Shown here: piece by piece, positions 53,391-62,931 of the stretch | Layout of the letters: each line of letters starts with the position of its first letter | Numbering within the stretch: position 1 is the first letter of the stretch | Source: Kiritimatiellia bacterium | GTDB lineage: Bacteria; Verrucomicrobiota; Kiritimatiellia; CAIVKH01 | Direction: 5' to 3' | DNA: 64,000 nt | Assembly (NCBI GenBank): GCA_025054615.1 | Contig: JANWZO010000009.1 | Location: 25,117-89,116 of the forward strand | The notes under the pieces: model-generated | What the model saw: the letters and a program-made list of their open reading frames with translations, nothing else | What the model was told of the DNA's origin: nothing | Database searches by the model: none | Made by a program: the position numbers and the translations under genes

Positions 53391-54590
53391 ATGTTTGCCC
53401 AAATCTCGCCCGCTCCGCCTGATCCGATCCTCGGTCTTACCGAGGCGTGGAAAAATGATCCTAACCCGTGCAAGGTGAACCTCGGTGCAGGGGTGTTCAA
53501 AGACGCTCGCGGCCAGACGCCCGTGTTGGAATCGGTCAAGGAGGCCGAGGCGCATATTTTGGCCACGCAAAAAACCAAATCCTACATGCCCATTGCGGGC
53601 GACCCGGAATATCGAAATGCCGTTCAGGAACTTCTGTTCGGTCCGGGCCATCCGGTTCTCGCATCACGCCGCGCCCAAACCGCCCACACGCCGGGGGGCA
53701 CTGCCGCCCTGCGGGTGGGAGCCGATTTCCTGAAAAAATTTTCGCCGGGGTCCACGGTCTGGGTAAGCAGTCCCACGTGGGCCAACCACAAAGGGATTTT
53801 CCAGGCGGCGGGCTTCGCCGTTCGCGAATACCCCTATTACGACGCGGCGTCGAAATGGCTGGATTACGATCGATTCCTTGCCTCGCTCGACGCCGTGCCG
53901 CCGGGCGATGTGGTGGTGCTTCACGCGTGCTGCCACAATCCGACGGGCGTCGACCTCTCGCCTGCGCAGTGGGCCGAAGTGGCAACGTTGGCCGCGCGCC
54001 GCGGTTGGCTCCCCTTCCTGGATTTTGCGTATCAGGGGTTTGGCGAAGGGCTGGCGGAAGACCGCGCCGGGCTGATCGCGCTCGCCGCCGCGTGTCAAGA
54101 GCTTCTTGTGGCAAGCTCGTTTTCCAAAAATTTCGGTTTGTATCAGGACCGGGTCGGGGCCTTGACGCTGGTCGCCGAGAATGCGGATGCCGCCGCTGCC
54201 GCATTCAGCCATGTGGAAATCGCGATCCGCACGAACTATTCGAACCCGCCGGCACACGGCGGGCTGATCGTCTCGACAATATTGAAAGATCCCGCAAGGC
54301 GGCAAAAGTGGGAATCCGAGCTTGCCGGGATGCGGGAGCACATCGCGCGGACCCGACGCGCCTTCGTTGAGGCGCTCGCCGCACACGGTGTGCCCGGAGA
54401 TTTCAGCTTCATCGCGCGCCAAAAGGGAATGTTCTCGTTTTCGGGGTTGTCTGACGCGCATGTCGCCTATTTGCGCGAGAAAAAAAGTATCTACATCGTT
54501 GCCGGCGGCAGGATTAACGTCGCCGGTATTACGCCGGCGAACCTCGATTATCTCTGCACCTCGATCCAAGAAGCCCTGGCCGCTAGTTGA
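53391..54590 (+). CDS. aspC: Aspartate/aromatic amino acid aminotransferase (class I, AspC/TyrB type)
   Basis: DPILGLTEAWKNDPNPCKVNLGAGVF, HACCHNPTG, FDFAYQGFG and SFSKNFGLYQDRVG (PLP Lys). The ORF is nominally open from 53271. Confidence 0.9.
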   Translation: MFAQISPAPPDPILGLTEAWKNDPNPCKVNLGAGVFKDARGQTPVLESVKEAEAHILATQKTKSYMPIAGDPEYRNAVQELLFGPGHPVLASRRAQTAHTPGGTAALRVGADFLKKFSPGSTVWVSSPTWANHKGIFQAAGFAVREYPYYDAASKWLDYDRFLASLDAVPPGDVVVLHACCHNPTGVDLSPAQWAEVATLAARRGWLPFLDFAYQGFGEGLAEDRAGLIALAAACQELLVASSFSKNFGLYQDRVGALTLVAENADAAAAAFSHVEIAIRTNYSNPPAHGGLIVSTILKDPARRQKWESELAGMREHIARTRRAFVEALAAHGVPGDFSFIARQKGMFSFSGLSDAHVAYLREKKSIYIVAGGRINVAGITPANLDYLCTSIQEALAAS

Positions 54591-54788
54591 TTTCCGGCCT
54601 GCCGAGTCCTCGGCGTGAAAAGGTGAGCCATCTTTATTAGGAGCTTATCATCATCCCTCCTTCGATTCACGCTCAGGCCATCGGACATCTCCCGTCACTG
54701 GCACAATAAGCTCCCCGACGTGCCGGCGTCGTTCCAGCCGCACAGTTTTTACGAAGGGAGAATCCTCGTTACGGATTCGGCAAGCCGG

Positions 54789-56768
54789 TCACTCGGAGGG
54801 CGGCTTGGGCTCCGAGGACTTCCAGCGAGGATCGAATTCCTTATCGAAGGATTCGACCAGCCGTGGATTGATGCGCCGTGCGCGATCGCGCATCTCGGCC
54901 GCCTCGGCAGTTTTGCCCAGCTTTTCATACGAGAGCGCGAGCCACAGCGCGTACAGCGCGTCCTGGCGCTTCAAGCGGATGGCTCGCTTGAGCGCAACGG
55001 CGGCTTCCGCGTAATTTCCGAGTTGCGCGGAGGCGATGCCGAAGGCGCCCCAGCTCGGGGCATGGGTGGGCGACCCGCGGGTGGTCAATGCGGTCACGGC
55101 GCGCAATTCCTTAGTCCTTGCGAGCCCGCCATAGATATAGCCGGCGGCGATCAGCCGGGGATGGTTGCGGACGGGCATCGGCGATTCCAACTCCAATTTG
55201 TAGGCGCGCCTCGCGTTTTCGACGATTTCCAAACCCTTCGCCTGCAGGCCAGAGTCGCCGAGGAGCCGGCTGTTCTCAGGGGAGTTGCGGAGGAAGATGA
55301 TCGTGGTGCCGTCGAAGTAAGCCGGGATCCATTGACCGCTCTCGATCAGGCGTTTGGCCGCGTAGCCGGAACCAGGCCAAAGACCGCTCAAAATGAAGGC
55401 CCCGGGATCGAAGCGCTGGATGAGATTCGTTAGAATCTCGGGCTCATTGTAGAGTCCGCGCGCCAGCTTATGATAAAACGCGGTACCGAACACGGGAACG
55501 CGGGTGTCACAGAAAATCTTGCGATTCGGCAGCGCCCATGCGAGGTAGCCGCCGTCGTGCGCGAAATTGATGGCGCGAGCCGGGAAGTCAGGGCGAGCGA
55601 GGATCGACTCACACGCGCGCGTGGGGAAAGCATCCTCCGTCACGCCGAGCCCGAAGCTGGATGCGCTTCCGATCCGGTTTAGATAATAACCGCTACAGCT
55701 CATGGCCATCATCGCGACCGCAAGGCCCCCGATGAGCCATCGAGCCACGGGCACTATGCCATTCCACTGAATGCGCCGCTGTACAACATGGCCAAGCGCT
55801 TCCAGTGACACGGCGCAGAACGGGAAGATGAAAAGCGCGCCGAAGGCCCAATATCGAGGGCTGAGTACGCAGAGCAATGCGCCGAGGCATCCCAACGTCG
55901 TCGGCACCCAAGGAAGCGAACCGCGAATGACGATGAAACCTGCCATTATGGCGACCAGCGAGACAAGGAGCGGGGTCCGGAGGGCGAACATCGCGAAATC
56001 GGCTTGGAACGGAGAAATCCAGTCCAACAGCGCACCCATGTTTGCGTCGAAAAGCAGCCGATAGGCCAGTTGATGTAGCCGCCATCCGTATGGATTGACG
56101 AACGTCGTCGCGGCACAGGCGATCGACATCAGAACGTACAGCCGGCGGCCAGGCCTATTTCGGTCTAATGCGAACAACAGCGCCGTCAGGGGCCCGAGCG
56201 CAAACGAGGGGTGCATATTCGTCCACAATACCTGCAGCGCGGGCAATGCAACCCAGTCCGCGCGGCCGATTCCACGGTGTAGTGAGGCAACGAACACCGA
56301 GAAAAAAAGCAGCGCCGGCCCCCATGGCGCGATCTGAAAATTGGGGGCCACCAGCCAGGAGACCAGCAGCAGCGCGAGCGCCGCATGGGCGTTGACCGCC
56401 TGAGGCGGGATGGACGTTCGAACGAGCGCGAACGCGCTGATGACGCAGGCGATGAAAAGCAGGGACACCGCAACTGCACCGCCGAGCTGCCAAATACGAT
56501 ATAGCAGCCAGTCGTACATCCATGACGGGTTTACCCATCCCAACGAGGGGTCGGTTGCGAAGGAGAAGGGGTCGGACAACAGCCACCCCTTCTCGGCCAG
56601 GTGCCGACCAGTGGCCAAATGGATCCAGAAGTCACCGTGTGAAATAGTCCGGATGCCGAAGAACGCCAACGCGAGGACGGCGAGCAACCAGAGAGAGGGA
56701 GTCCACTTCGATTCGGAGGGCGTGTTCATGAGGCGGAGGGAGTTTCCATCGGCTGGCGTTTGCGTCAA
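54789..56768 (-). CDS. Polytopic membrane protein (about 12 TM helices, GT-C-like?) with C-terminal TPR repeats
   Basis: N-terminal HGDFWIHLATGRHLAEKGWLLSDPFSF is followed by many hydrophobic helices. The C-terminus reads WGAFGIASAQLGNYAEAAVALKRAIRLKRQDALYALWLALSYEKLGKTAEAAEM (TPR). Family not determined. Confidence 0.5.
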   Translation of the reverse strand: MTQTPADGNSLRLMNTPSESKWTPSLWLLAVLALAFFGIRTISHGDFWIHLATGRHLAEKGWLLSDPFSFATDPSLGWVNPSWMYDWLLYRIWQLGGAVAVSLLFIACVISAFALVRTSIPPQAVNAHAALALLLVSWLVAPNFQIAPWGPALLFFSVFVASLHRGIGRADWVALPALQVLWTNMHPSFALGPLTALLFALDRNRPGRRLYVLMSIACAATTFVNPYGWRLHQLAYRLLFDANMGALLDWISPFQADFAMFALRTPLLVSLVAIMAGFIVIRGSLPWVPTTLGCLGALLCVLSPRYWAFGALFIFPFCAVSLEALGHVVQRRIQWNGIVPVARWLIGGLAVAMMAMSCSGYYLNRIGSASSFGLGVTEDAFPTRACESILARPDFPARAINFAHDGGYLAWALPNRKIFCDTRVPVFGTAFYHKLARGLYNEPEILTNLIQRFDPGAFILSGLWPGSGYAAKRLIESGQWIPAYFDGTTIIFLRNSPENSRLLGDSGLQAKGLEIVENARRAYKLELESPMPVRNHPRLIAAGYIYGGLARTKELRAVTALTTRGSPTHAPSWGAFGIASAQLGNYAEAAVALKRAIRLKRQDALYALWLALSYEKLGKTAEAAEMRDRARRINPRLVESFDKEFDPRWKSSEPKPPSE

Positions 56769-57586
56769 GGCTGTTCCCTCGCCGATTCAACTTCGTCTGC
56801 ACGCGTTGGGGACGGCTTATCGCCGTCGTCCAAGAGCGGATCGGGATGGAAATCAGCGCCACTCACAGTTTCCCATTCGCCGCTCCAGCTTTCTATTGAC
56901 GACTTCGAATCGTCGGGGACATAGTTGAAGGGACGGAGTGACAGCCTTCTTGGCGTGAGGGAATCATCGGCCAGCGGACCATCATTGACAGTCGGTTCCC
57001 GTGCTGCTGCGCGCGCGGAGGCCTGGTCTGTCGGAACCCCGATTTCGTCGAGAAACGCCAGCCACGCCGGAGAAGCCCTCTGCCAGAGGGGGTCCAATGA
57101 AGGGCGGGTCAGCCACCAAGCGCGTAGCGGCGCCTCCAGTCCCGTGACGGCCCGTCGCAACCAGCCGATCGCGACCGCGTCCTTCTCATCTCGGGCATAG
57201 AGCGCCGCGAGTGCGGCCGCCGGAGCCGGTTGGTTGGGATCCAGTCGGGTAGCGATCACCAGCCAGCGGGCTGCGACGTCCCGTTGTCCGACACCCCATG
57301 CGCAAAGGGCCGCCAGGTGTCGGCTTGAGGCGTCCTGCGGGCAGGACTCAAGGCAGTTGGTCAATAACAGGAGGGCATCCGCGTAGAACCGCTGGTGGAT
57401 GTAGTGTCTTGCTCTAAGCCACGCTGCTCGCAGCTTTTCGTCCCTGCGAATGCACGGGCCGGGATCGATGGCCGAGAACTGCGGAATATCCGATGCGGCC
57501 GGCGCGAGGGCTGGCAACAGGAGGAGAACCAGCGCACCCAGGGGCCGGATCGTGATTTCGCCTTGCCACATCCCTCGCGCTTGCAT
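56765..57586 (-). CDS. Secreted TPR-like protein (hypothetical)
   Basis: LGALVLLLLPALAPAAS is a signal peptide. Helical-repeat sequence follows (FYADALLLLTNCLESCPQD.., RWLVIATRLDPNQP..). There is a 4-nt overlap with the downstream membrane/TPR gene. Confidence 0.5.
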   Translation of the reverse strand: MQARGMWQGEITIRPLGALVLLLLPALAPAASDIPQFSAIDPGPCIRRDEKLRAAWLRARHYIHQRFYADALLLLTNCLESCPQDASSRHLAALCAWGVGQRDVAARWLVIATRLDPNQPAPAAALAALYARDEKDAVAIGWLRRAVTGLEAPLRAWWLTRPSLDPLWQRASPAWLAFLDEIGVPTDQASARAAAREPTVNDGPLADDSLTPRRLSLRPFNYVPDDSKSSIESWSGEWETVSGADFHPDPLLDDGDKPSPTRADEVESAREQP

Positions 57587-57600
57587 AACCTCCCCTTCGC

Positions 57601-58758
57601 ATGAAAATCCACGAGTATCAAGCCAAGGAGTTGTTCCGCCGATACGGGATTCCCACCCAGGCCGGTGAAGTGGCGGAAACCCCCGAGCAGGCAGCAGCGA
57701 TCGCCCGTAACTATGGACACACGGTGGTGGTCAAAGCGCAGGTCCATGCCGGCGGTCGTGGAAAGGCGGGGGGCGTCAAGCTGGCGAAAACACCTGAGGA
57801 GGCAGCCGAAAAGGCCCGGGGCATCCTCGGGATGGATATCAAGGGGAGCCGAGTCCGGAAAGTGCTGATTGCCGATGCTGTGGAGATTGCGCGAGAGGCC
57901 TATCTCGCGGTGATCCTGGATCGCAGCGCACGGGGCATTCTGTTCATGGCCAGCGCGGAAGGCGGCATGGAAATTGAGGAGCTGGCCAAAACCTCTCCGG
58001 AAAAGATCTTCCGCTTTCACGCCTTCAGCCGGGATTTTCCAGAAGCGGCTGCACTGCCTGTTTCAGAGCGGCTGTTCGGACCGGCCCACCAGGCGGTCGT
58101 CCTCGATATCATGCGGAAGCTCTTCCGTATGTTCGTGGAGCTGGATGCGTCGCTCGTTGAAATCAACCCGTTGGTACTGACGCCGGACGGAACCGTGGTC
58201 GCCGTCGATGGAAAGGTGAATTTCGATGACAATGCATTATTTCGGCACCCGGATATCGAGGCCCTGCGCGATCTCGGGGAGGAAAATCCGAATGAAGTTG
58301 ACGCCAAGGCCTGCGGATTAAGCTATGTCGAGCTCGACGGCGACATCGGCTGTATGGTCAACGGGGCGGGGCTGGCGATGGCCACAATGGATATGATCAA
58401 ACTCTTCGGCGGTCGACCGGCGAATTTTCTGGACGTGGGTGGAAGCTCCAACCCGGACAAGGTCGTGAACGCGTTTCGTATTATTCTGAGCCGTCCAGGC
58501 ATCAAAGCCGTTTTGATCAATATCTTTGGCGGGATCACTCGCTGCGACGACATCGCAAAAGGGATTCTGGAAGCATTCTCTCGGATGACCATCCGGGTTC
58601 CCGTCGTCGTTCGGCTCACCGGCACAAATGCCGAGGCCGGCTTGGCGATGCTCCGCGAAAGCGCGCTTATTCCCGCGGCGACGTTTGCGGAGGCGGTTCG
58701 GAAGGTGATTGAGGCGGCGGGCGGACCCGAGGTGAACAGCGATGAGCATTCTGATTGA
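57601..58758 (+). CDS. sucC: Succinyl-CoA synthetase beta subunit
   Basis: [37 protein letters not shown] and [15 protein letters not shown]. Confidence 0.95.
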   Translation: MKIHEYQAKELFRRYGIPTQAGEVAETPEQAAAIARNYGHTVVVKAQVHAGGRGKAGGVKLAKTPEEAAEKARGILGMDIKGSRVRKVLIADAVEIAREAYLAVILDRSARGILFMASAEGGMEIEELAKTSPEKIFRFHAFSRDFPEAAALPVSERLFGPAHQAVVLDIMRKLFRMFVELDASLVEINPLVLTPDGTVVAVDGKVNFDDNALFRHPDIEALRDLGEENPNEVDAKACGLSYVELDGDIGCMVNGAGLAMATMDMIKLFGGRPANFLDVGGSSNPDKVVNAFRIILSRPGIKAVLINIFGGITRCDDIAKGILEAFSRMTIRVPVVVRLTGTNAEAGLAMLRESALIPAATFAEAVRKVIEAAGGPEVNSDEHSD

Positions 58759-59614
58759 TTCAACGACGCGCGTATTAGTCCAGGGAATTACCGGCCGCGA
58801 CGGCTCGTTCCACGCCAAAGGCATGTTGGAATACGGAACGAAGGTCGTGGGGGGCGTCACGCCGGGCAAGGGCGGCGAACAGGTCCACGGGTTGCCGGTG
58901 TTCAACACCATGAAGGAAGCCGTGGCGGCGACCGGCGCCAACGCGACGGTGATTTACGTTCCAGCGAAATTCGCGACCTCTGCGATTTTTGAGGCGATGG
59001 ATGCCGGTCTTCCGCTGATTGTCGTGATCACGGAGGGAATCCCGACGCTCGACATGATGGACGTTTATCATGAAGTGCGGCGCCGCGGCATTCGGCTGAT
59101 CGGACCCAACTGTCCGGGTGTGATCACACCAGGACAGTCAAAAATCGGTATTATGCCTGGCTACATTCATAAGCCGGGGCGCGTCGGCGTCATTTCGAGG
59201 AGTGGCACGCTGACCTATGAGATTGTGTATGCGCTGACCCGTCTCGGCGTGGGGCAGTCCACATGCATTGGGATCGGCGGCGATCCCATCGTGGGATCGG
59301 GGCCTATGGACCTGCTGCCGCTATTCGAGGCAGACCCCGGCACCGACGCGATCGTTTTGATCGGCGAGATCGGGGGCGACGAAGAGGAGCGTACCGCGGA
59401 ATTTATCCGCCACCACATTCGCAAACCGGTTTTCGCATTTATCGTGGGACACACCGCACCCGAAGGAAAACGAATGGGCCACGCGGGGGCGATTGTATCC
59501 GGTGGAGCCGGAACGGCGGCATCCAAACTGAAGGCCTTCTCCCACGCCGGTGTGCCGGTGGCCAACACGATCGACGAATTGGCAGAGATGGTGGCCGCGG
59601 CCCTGAAATCCTGA
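58742..59614 (+). CDS. sucD: Succinyl-CoA synthetase alpha subunit
   Basis: [35 protein letters not shown] and MGHAGAIV (phospho-His). Confidence 0.95.
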   Translation: MSILIDSTTRVLVQGITGRDGSFHAKGMLEYGTKVVGGVTPGKGGEQVHGLPVFNTMKEAVAATGANATVIYVPAKFATSAIFEAMDAGLPLIVVITEGIPTLDMMDVYHEVRRRGIRLIGPNCPGVITPGQSKIGIMPGYIHKPGRVGVISRSGTLTYEIVYALTRLGVGQSTCIGIGGDPIVGSGPMDLLPLFEADPGTDAIVLIGEIGGDEEERTAEFIRHHIRKPVFAFIVGHTAPEGKRMGHAGAIVSGGAGTAASKLKAFSHAGVPVANTIDELAEMVAAALKS

Positions 59615-59648
59615 TGCTGCGGCTTCGGCGGCTAATTTACGTAGAGCC

Positions 59649-61097
59649 TCAGCCGCTCGACTCGTCGCTTTGGTCGCGCCAGTATTGCAAAACCCCTAAT
59701 ACGGCGCGTTTCGCGGACTCAATGCAGTCGGGAATCCCGACGCCGTGGTAGGAGCTGCCCGCGAAAAATAACCCGGTAAGGGACCGTCCCTCGGACTCGA
59801 TCGCCTTCACCAGGGTCGAATGTCCTACATCGTATTGAGGATTGGCTTCGATCCAGCGGTGGAGTCGGTGAAACAGAGGAGAAGCCCGGATGCCCAGAAT
59901 GGAGGCGACTTCTGTCCTCGCAATCTGGACCAGATCTTCCTCCGATTGCCAAGCCAACCCCTCGTGGCGAGGACCGCCTAGGAAGACACGCATGAGGGCG
60001 GCTCCGGGCGGCGCACGGTTTGCAAATTTGGTGGATGACCAGGTGATCGCGAGAATGGCTCTTCCCTCCGCGTCCGGGACAAGCACGCCAAAGCCGTCGA
60101 GAGGCCGCGCCGCCGGTATCGCGTCCGCGCGATAGGCCAGTGTGACGACGGCAGAGCTGACAAACCGGATCCGCTCAAGTTTTTCGGCAAGTCCGTTGGC
60201 GGATTCCCGGACAATCTCGGCTGCACGATTCGCGGGAATCGCCAATATCGCTGCGTCGGCGAGAAATGCCTCGCCCGCCTCCGTTTCGACGCGGAGGCTC
60301 CGCCCGGAGGGGATGACCCTGTGAACCTGAGTCCGGCGAATTACTCCGGCTTCGATGTGCCGCTCGAGTGCCTCGACGATCCCGGCGATGCCGTTCCGTA
60401 ATGAGTGAAACAGGGCCCGATGCGCTCGGTTCACCCGGTCGGCGAGAGGGCCGTTTTGGGGACGCTTAGCGGAGGCTGCACGCGCGGCTCGGATGAGGCT
60501 TCCATAGGTTCGTTCCATTTCCAGGAGGCGCGGAAATGTTGCCTGCATACTGAGGCGCTCCGGATCGCTGACGAATATTCCGCCGAGGAGCGGTCCTGCA
60601 ATTCGTTCGAGGCACTCGTTTCCGAAGCGCCGACGGATAAACGAGGCAAGGGATTCGTCTTCCGGATCCTTGCGGGGCGGAATGAAAACCTCGGCGGCCA
60701 TTCGGAGTTTGCCGAAGGGTGACAACAGCGGAGTGGCCAACAAAGGCATCCAACGGGTGGGGATCGTAAGACGAAACCCCTCCGGAAAGGGGACCAGTCG
60801 GCCGCGCCGCAGGATGTATACGCGCCGATACTGTTCGTTTGACGGCAAAATCTCATCCTGCAGGCCCAGTTCGCGGCAGAGCTCGAGCGCGGCCGGTTTT
60901 TCAGCCAGGAATGAATCCGGGCCGCCCTCGATGACGAATCCGCCGGTACGCTCCGTCACAATTTTCCCACCGAGGCGATCCGATGCCTCGAAGAGCGTGC
61001 AGGAGGCGTTGATGCCGAGACGCGTGAATTCCCGACAGGCATACCACGCGGCGGAGAGGCCGGTGATGCCGCCGCCGATGATCGCCAGGCGTTTCAC
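59649..61097 (-). CDS. hemY: Protoporphyrinogen/coproporphyrinogen III oxidase, HemY (CgoX) type
   Basis: [19 protein letters not shown] (FAD dinucleotide fold). The 482-aa protein ends [16 protein letters not shown]. There is a 4-nt overlap with hemE. Confidence 0.85.
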   Translation of the reverse strand: MKRLAIIGGGITGLSAAWYACREFTRLGINASCTLFEASDRLGGKIVTERTGGFVIEGGPDSFLAEKPAALELCRELGLQDEILPSNEQYRRVYILRRGRLVPFPEGFRLTIPTRWMPLLATPLLSPFGKLRMAAEVFIPPRKDPEDESLASFIRRRFGNECLERIAGPLLGGIFVSDPERLSMQATFPRLLEMERTYGSLIRAARAASAKRPQNGPLADRVNRAHRALFHSLRNGIAGIVEALERHIEAGVIRRTQVHRVIPSGRSLRVETEAGEAFLADAAILAIPANRAAEIVRESANGLAEKLERIRFVSSAVVTLAYRADAIPAARPLDGFGVLVPDAEGRAILAITWSSTKFANRAPPGAALMRVFLGGPRHEGLAWQSEEDLVQIARTEVASILGIRASPLFHRLHRWIEANPQYDVGHSTLVKAIESEGRSLTGLFFAGSSYHGVGIPDCIESAKRAVLGVLQYWRDQSDESSG

Positions 61098-62182
61098 GGC
61101 TGGAGGGGAGCGCTCTCGTTCAGGTGCATCGAATACTCGTGGACAAAATCCACGAGGAGTCGCACGTTATCGACGGGCGTGTGCTCGAGTACGCCGTGAC
61201 CGAGGTTGAAGATGTGGCCCGGCCGCCCGCGGACGCTAAGCAGGATTCGCGCCGCCTGTCGACGGATTTCTTCTGGCGGAGCGAAGAGGACGATAGGGTC
61301 CAAATTCCCTTGCACAGCGGCTGGCCGCCCAAGGCTCGCCCAAGCGCTCGCCAGGTCGACGCGCCAATCCATGCCAACAACCTCGCAACCCGCCTCTTGC
61401 ATGAGATGGAGAAATCCCCCCGTACCCGTTCCGAAATGGATTCGAGGCACACGTCGGCGCCGCAAAGCGCGCTCCAACGCGACGCGGGAGTAGGGCAGGA
61501 CATACCGTTCGTAATCGGCAGGGCTCAGAATGCCCGCCCAACTGTCGAACATCTGGACCGCATCCACGCCCGCCTCGATCTGCGCCGCAAGGTAATCGCC
61601 GACATCGCTGGCCAGCCGCCCCATCAAGTCCGACCAAGCCTCCGGCTCGTTGTACATAAAGGTTCGGGTTCGCATGAAATCGCGAGAGCTACCCCCCTCA
61701 ATCGCATAGCAGGCGAGAGTGAACGGGGCTCCGCTAAATCCGATAAGTGGTCGGCGCCCCGCTAACTCTCGCTTCACGAGACGAATCGCCTCCATCGTGA
61801 ACGAGAGCGTCTCTGCAGGTTCGGCCGGTCGGAGCTTCCGCACGTCGTCCGCGCTACGGATCGGATTGTGGAGCACTGGGCCTTCGCCCTTGATAAACTC
61901 GAGTTGTATTCCCATCGGCTCGAGGAGGGTCAGTATGTCCGCGAAGATAATTGCGGCATCTAGGTCAAAGGCCCGCAGGGGCTGCATCGTGATCTCCGCC
62001 GCTACCTCCGGTTTTTTCACCATGTTGAGAATTGAGCCGCACTTTTCCTTTACGGCCCGATATTCCGGAAGATAACGGCCAGCTTGCCGCATCAACCAGA
62101 TGGGCGTGAACGGGGTCGGGCGCGAGTGGCAGGCCGCCAAAAATGGGGATGCGCCGTCCGATGAGACGTCGGCGACGGTCAT
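61094..62182 (-). CDS. hemE: Uroporphyrinogen decarboxylase
   Basis: [29 protein letters not shown] and FDSWAG. Confidence 0.93.
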   Translation of the reverse strand: MTVADVSSDGASPFLAACHSRPTPFTPIWLMRQAGRYLPEYRAVKEKCGSILNMVKKPEVAAEITMQPLRAFDLDAAIIFADILTLLEPMGIQLEFIKGEGPVLHNPIRSADDVRKLRPAEPAETLSFTMEAIRLVKRELAGRRPLIGFSGAPFTLACYAIEGGSSRDFMRTRTFMYNEPEAWSDLMGRLASDVGDYLAAQIEAGVDAVQMFDSWAGILSPADYERYVLPYSRVALERALRRRRVPRIHFGTGTGGFLHLMQEAGCEVVGMDWRVDLASAWASLGRPAAVQGNLDPIVLFAPPEEIRRQAARILLSVRGRPGHIFNLGHGVLEHTPVDNVRLLVDFVHEYSMHLNESAPLQP

Positions 62183-62931
62183 GGCGATTCAGAGGTTCCG
62201 ACGAATCCGCCGGGTTTGCGCCAGATGGCGTGGCCGACGAAGAAAGGCCCAAGGCGCTCCAAAAATTCGGACGTCTGGCGCGTTTTTCGCATCGCCTGCA
62301 CCATCGCGGAAAGCGGGAACAGCGCCTTGCCAATCAAACCGATGACGAAATCATTATCGTTTCTGTCCAGCCCGCGGCAATCGAGGCGTATGTCGCTTCC
62401 ATAGTCCCCCGCCGTGAAGCGGGCGCCCAGGTCGCCGTGCTCGGCAAGGATTTCGCGCTGCTCATGGGCGCGAAGTTTTTCAAAGATGCCCTTCCGGCGC
62501 AAAGGATACCAAATGTGCCATGGGGTTTGAGGATTCGTGGCTCGTTGAATAGGTCGGTTGAAGAGTACGTGAGGGAGGTCGGCTTCGTAGCCCACCGAAT
62601 AGGTTCTGCCGAACATGGTGAATTCCGGCTTCAACTCGAGGTCCCCAAAAGGCGGAGCGCGCAAAAAACTCCGAAGCTCGCCGGTAAAAAATTCGGGGTA
62701 TTCATTCCAGGTCAGCAGGCCAATGCCCCAGGGATCGTTCACATCTCGGTAAAGCGTGGAAGGAAAGGGCGCCGCGTCCAGCGCCGCCATAAGCGCCTGT
62801 TCGTCTCGTGCATGCCCGAAGACGAGAAGCTGCATGAACAAGCGCCGATTAAGGGAAATGGGCCGGCCCGCGGCGTCGCGGCCTTTCTCAGAGAGATCGG
62901 GAATCCCGTGGAGCTGATCGTGTTCGTTCAT
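62179..62931 (-). CDS. hemQ: Chlorite-dismutase-family protein, probable coproheme decarboxylase (HemQ/ChdC)
   Basis: The 250-aa protein contains [21 protein letters not shown] (proximal His context) and FVGHAIW. It sits between hemL and hemE with 4-nt overlaps on both sides. Confidence 0.7.
   Translation of the reverse strand: MNEHDQLHGIPDLSEKGRDAAGRPISLNRRLFMQLLVFGHARDEQALMAALDAAPFPSTLYRDVNDPWGIGLLTWNEYPEFFTGELRSFLRAPPFGDLELKPEFTMFGRTYSVGYEADLPHVLFNRPIQRATNPQTPWHIWYPLRRKGIFEKLRAHEQREILAEHGDLGARFTAGDYGSDIRLDCRGLDRNDNDFVIGLIGKALFPLSAMVQAMRKTRQTSEFLERLGPFFVGHAIWRKPGGFVGTSESP

Noticed and set aside
52487-54569. Long ORFs antisense to or out of frame with the NDK-like gene and aspC (52487-53578 minus, 53468-54370 plus, 53664-54569 minus)
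   Set aside because: The sense-frame products have strong family motifs. The alternatives are Arg/Gly/Pro-rich shadow ORFs.
54600-54613. Palindrome GCCGAGTCCTCGGC just after the aspC stop, considered as a terminator
   Set aside because: The stem is short, the loop is minimal and there is no following T-run. The evidence is too weak to annotate.
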